Origin: an uncultured Candidatus Peribacteria bacterium
GTDB lineage: Bacteria > Patescibacteriota > Gracilibacteria > JAHISY01
Length of the DNA: 64,000 bases
Direction: 5' to 3'
NCBI GenBank assembly: GCA_964452725.1
Contig: CAYVMX010000003.1
Coordinates: forward strand, 6,670-70,669
Below the pieces are notes generated by a model. That model saw only the letters and a program-made list of their open reading frames with translations, was not told the origin of the DNA and searched no databases. A program made the position numbers and the translations under genes. The first letter of the stretch is position 1. Every line of letters starts with the position of its first letter. Of this stretch, positions 62,585 to 64,000 are shown piece after piece.

Positions 62585-63496
62585 CTACTGAATTCGTTGG
62601 CGAAGCTCAGCGACACCGGCGGGGTCTTCGTGGACGATGATCTCGGCGTGTGGGTACTTGGTGTGGATTTTTGCCATGACTGCCTCGACTATTTCATGAG
62701 CGGCGTGGAGTGGTATGTCGGGGTTCATCTCGACATGGATCTCGACGAAGATAATCTGACCACTCCGACGAGTCCGAAAGTCGTGAATATCGAGAACGCC
62801 CTTGACTCCAAGCGTGAGTGCTTTGATCTCTTTGCGATCAGCCATCGGGATTTCGCGGTCCATCAGCTCTTCTGAAGATTGAAACAAGATACGTCCAGCA
62901 TTCCAAAGAATCCAAAAGGCGATACCAATCGCAAAAATAGGATCGAGATAAGTGAGATTGAAGTAGCCAGCGAGTATCAGTGAGATGATGACGGAGAGAT
63001 TTAAAACTAAATCACTCGCGTAGTGGAGGCTGTCGGCGGAGATCGCGGTGGATTGGGTCTTTGCGATGACACGACGCTGGTAGAGTACGAGTCCGAGTGT
63101 GACTATGATCGTGATCACCATGATCGTGATACCGACTCCAGAGTCGGTCAGCTCGACAGGTGTAGCGATGCGTCGTAGAGCTTGCCAGATGAGTAGCCCA
63201 GCTGAGAGCGCGATGAAGCTAGCTTGCCCGAGACCAGCCAGTGCTTCGGCTTTGCCATGTCCAAAGCGGTGCTTGTGGTCGGCGGGTGTAGCGGCATGAG
63301 CTAGTGCTACTAGATTTACAATGCTTGCACTAGCGTCTAGCAGTGAATCAAGTAAGCTAGACAGGATACTGACAGAGCTAGTCAAGTAGTACGCGCCAGT
63401 CTTTAGCGCGATCAAAAATATAGCGACACTAGTCGCTGCGTAAGCAGCGTGTCGAACGATTTTTTGACGAGCTGATATAGAGAGTGGAGTGTTCAA
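62585..63496 (-). CDS. Cation diffusion facilitator family transporter
   Basis: Six TM segments with SLLDSLLDASAS and HYASDLVLN motifs, plus a C-terminal cytoplasmic dimerisation domain (DIHDFRTRRSG...VEIHVEM). Confidence 0.88.
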   Translation of the reverse strand: MNTPLSISARQKIVRHAAYAATSVAIFLIALKTGAYYLTSSVSILSSLLDSLLDASASIVNLVALAHAATPADHKHRFGHGKAEALAGLGQASFIALSAGLLIWQALRRIATPVELTDSGVGITIMVITIIVTLGLVLYQRRVIAKTQSTAISADSLHYASDLVLNLSVIISLILAGYFNLTYLDPIFAIGIAFWILWNAGRILFQSSEELMDREIPMADRKEIKALTLGVKGVLDIHDFRTRRSGQIIFVEIHVEMNPDIPLHAAHEIVEAVMAKIHTKYPHAEIIVHEDPAGVAELRQRIQ

Positions 63497-63537
63497 GTGT
63501 TTCCTATTTTACATACTTATCAGGTATCCTAGAAGCC

Positions 63538-64000
63538 ATGGAAAAGCCGAATTTTGAGCTCAAAATCCCGAATTTATCACCCGCACAGGTGACTGAGCTA
63601 GTCCGTCGACGAGAGAGTATCTGGCGTGACTTCCAAGCAAGTCCACCAGGATTTACTAGTTTACTCACAAAAGATTACACAGAGCTGAAAAAGTTTGCTC
63701 GCGCTCAAAGAGGTAAATGGGAAAGCGTGCTAGTACTGGGGATCGGTGGCAGTAGTCTGGGCGGAGAGGCGCTCGTCGCTGCGTTGGGTCGTGCCAAGCC
63801 AGTAGTGCGTTTCCTCGCGAATGTCGATCCGACGGAGTTTGCTCGTATCTCCAAGCAGTTCAATCTCAAGAAAACACTCATCATCGTCATCTCCAAGTCG
63901 GGTGGTACGCTGGAGACGATCGCCAACTTCCTCGCGCTCAAAACCAAACTAAATAAAGCGTGGCAAAAGCAGGTCGTCGTGATTACAGATCCCGAGCAGG
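63538..64000 (+). CDS. pgi: Glucose-6-phosphate isomerase, N-terminal fragment (runs off the window end)
   Basis: Not in the ORF track. The ATG at 63538 gives MEKPNFELKIPNL...VLVLGIGGSSLGGEALVAAL...LIIVISKSGGTLETIANF, the SIS-domain PGI signatures. Confidence 0.8.
   Translation, partial: MEKPNFELKIPNLSPAQVTELVRRRESIWRDFQASPPGFTSLLTKDYTELKKFARAQRGKWESVLVLGIGGSSLGGEALVAALGRAKPVVRFLANVDPTEFARISKQFNLKKTLIIVISKSGGTLETIANFLALKTKLNKAWQKQVVVITDPEQ

Noticed and set aside
1-64000. Alternative genetic code (UGA recoding, as in some candidate phyla)
   Set aside because: Long ORFs end with TGA as well as TAA and TAG (for example elp3 at 7274-7276 and the methyltransferase at 9501-9503). Conserved proteins are full length under the standard code.

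Overview
This is a densely packed bacterial chromosome segment of about 50% GC, using the standard genetic code (TGA is used as a stop, for example in the ATGA overlaps at 7274-7277 and 9500-9503). I call 64 protein-coding genes, two of them partial at the window edges, plus 5 tRNA genes; there is no rRNA and no CRISPR array.

Gene content:
- Housekeeping: murJ, ssb, dnaN, uvrB, efp, lepA, rpmB, tgt, queH, nfo and pgi.
- Biosynthesis: nadB, nadC, dapA, thrC, ilvE, carB, hemC, hemD, cobA and sirC, plus an archaeal-type 3-dehydroquinate synthase II.
- Cell envelope: a large SLH-anchored exoproteome. This includes a 1384-aa S-layer protein, SLH-CAP, SLH-S41 protease and FN3-Kazal-SLH proteins.
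- Type IV secretion/pilus-like remnants: PrgI-like, VirB4-N-domain-only and PilT-like proteins.

The mix of archaeal/eukaryote-like enzymes (Elp3, Trm9-like, DHQ synthase II), many lineage-specific membrane proteins and tight gene overlaps suggests an uncultivated small-genome lineage (CPR/Patescibacteria-like, possibly Peregrinibacteria-like). That placement is inference only.

The most striking signal is non-coding. All 5 tRNA genes in the window are followed by a conserved, apparently structured element. Each element ends in a direct repeat of that tRNA's own T-loop-to-CCA segment, with repeat periods of 167-190 bp. Its hairpin stems covary, and it contains a 12-nt palindrome, CGGTGCGCACCG. 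No recombinase, transposase or reverse transcriptase gene is present in the window.

Secondary points of interest:
- a divergent Elp3/Trm9-like pair whose start codons overlap
- a ThrC fused to a LeuA-type allosteric domain
- a murD / LysW-like zinc ribbon / PLP enzyme / ATP-grasp cluster
- a catalytically degenerate PilT paralog
- an orphan 450-nt structured intergenic region
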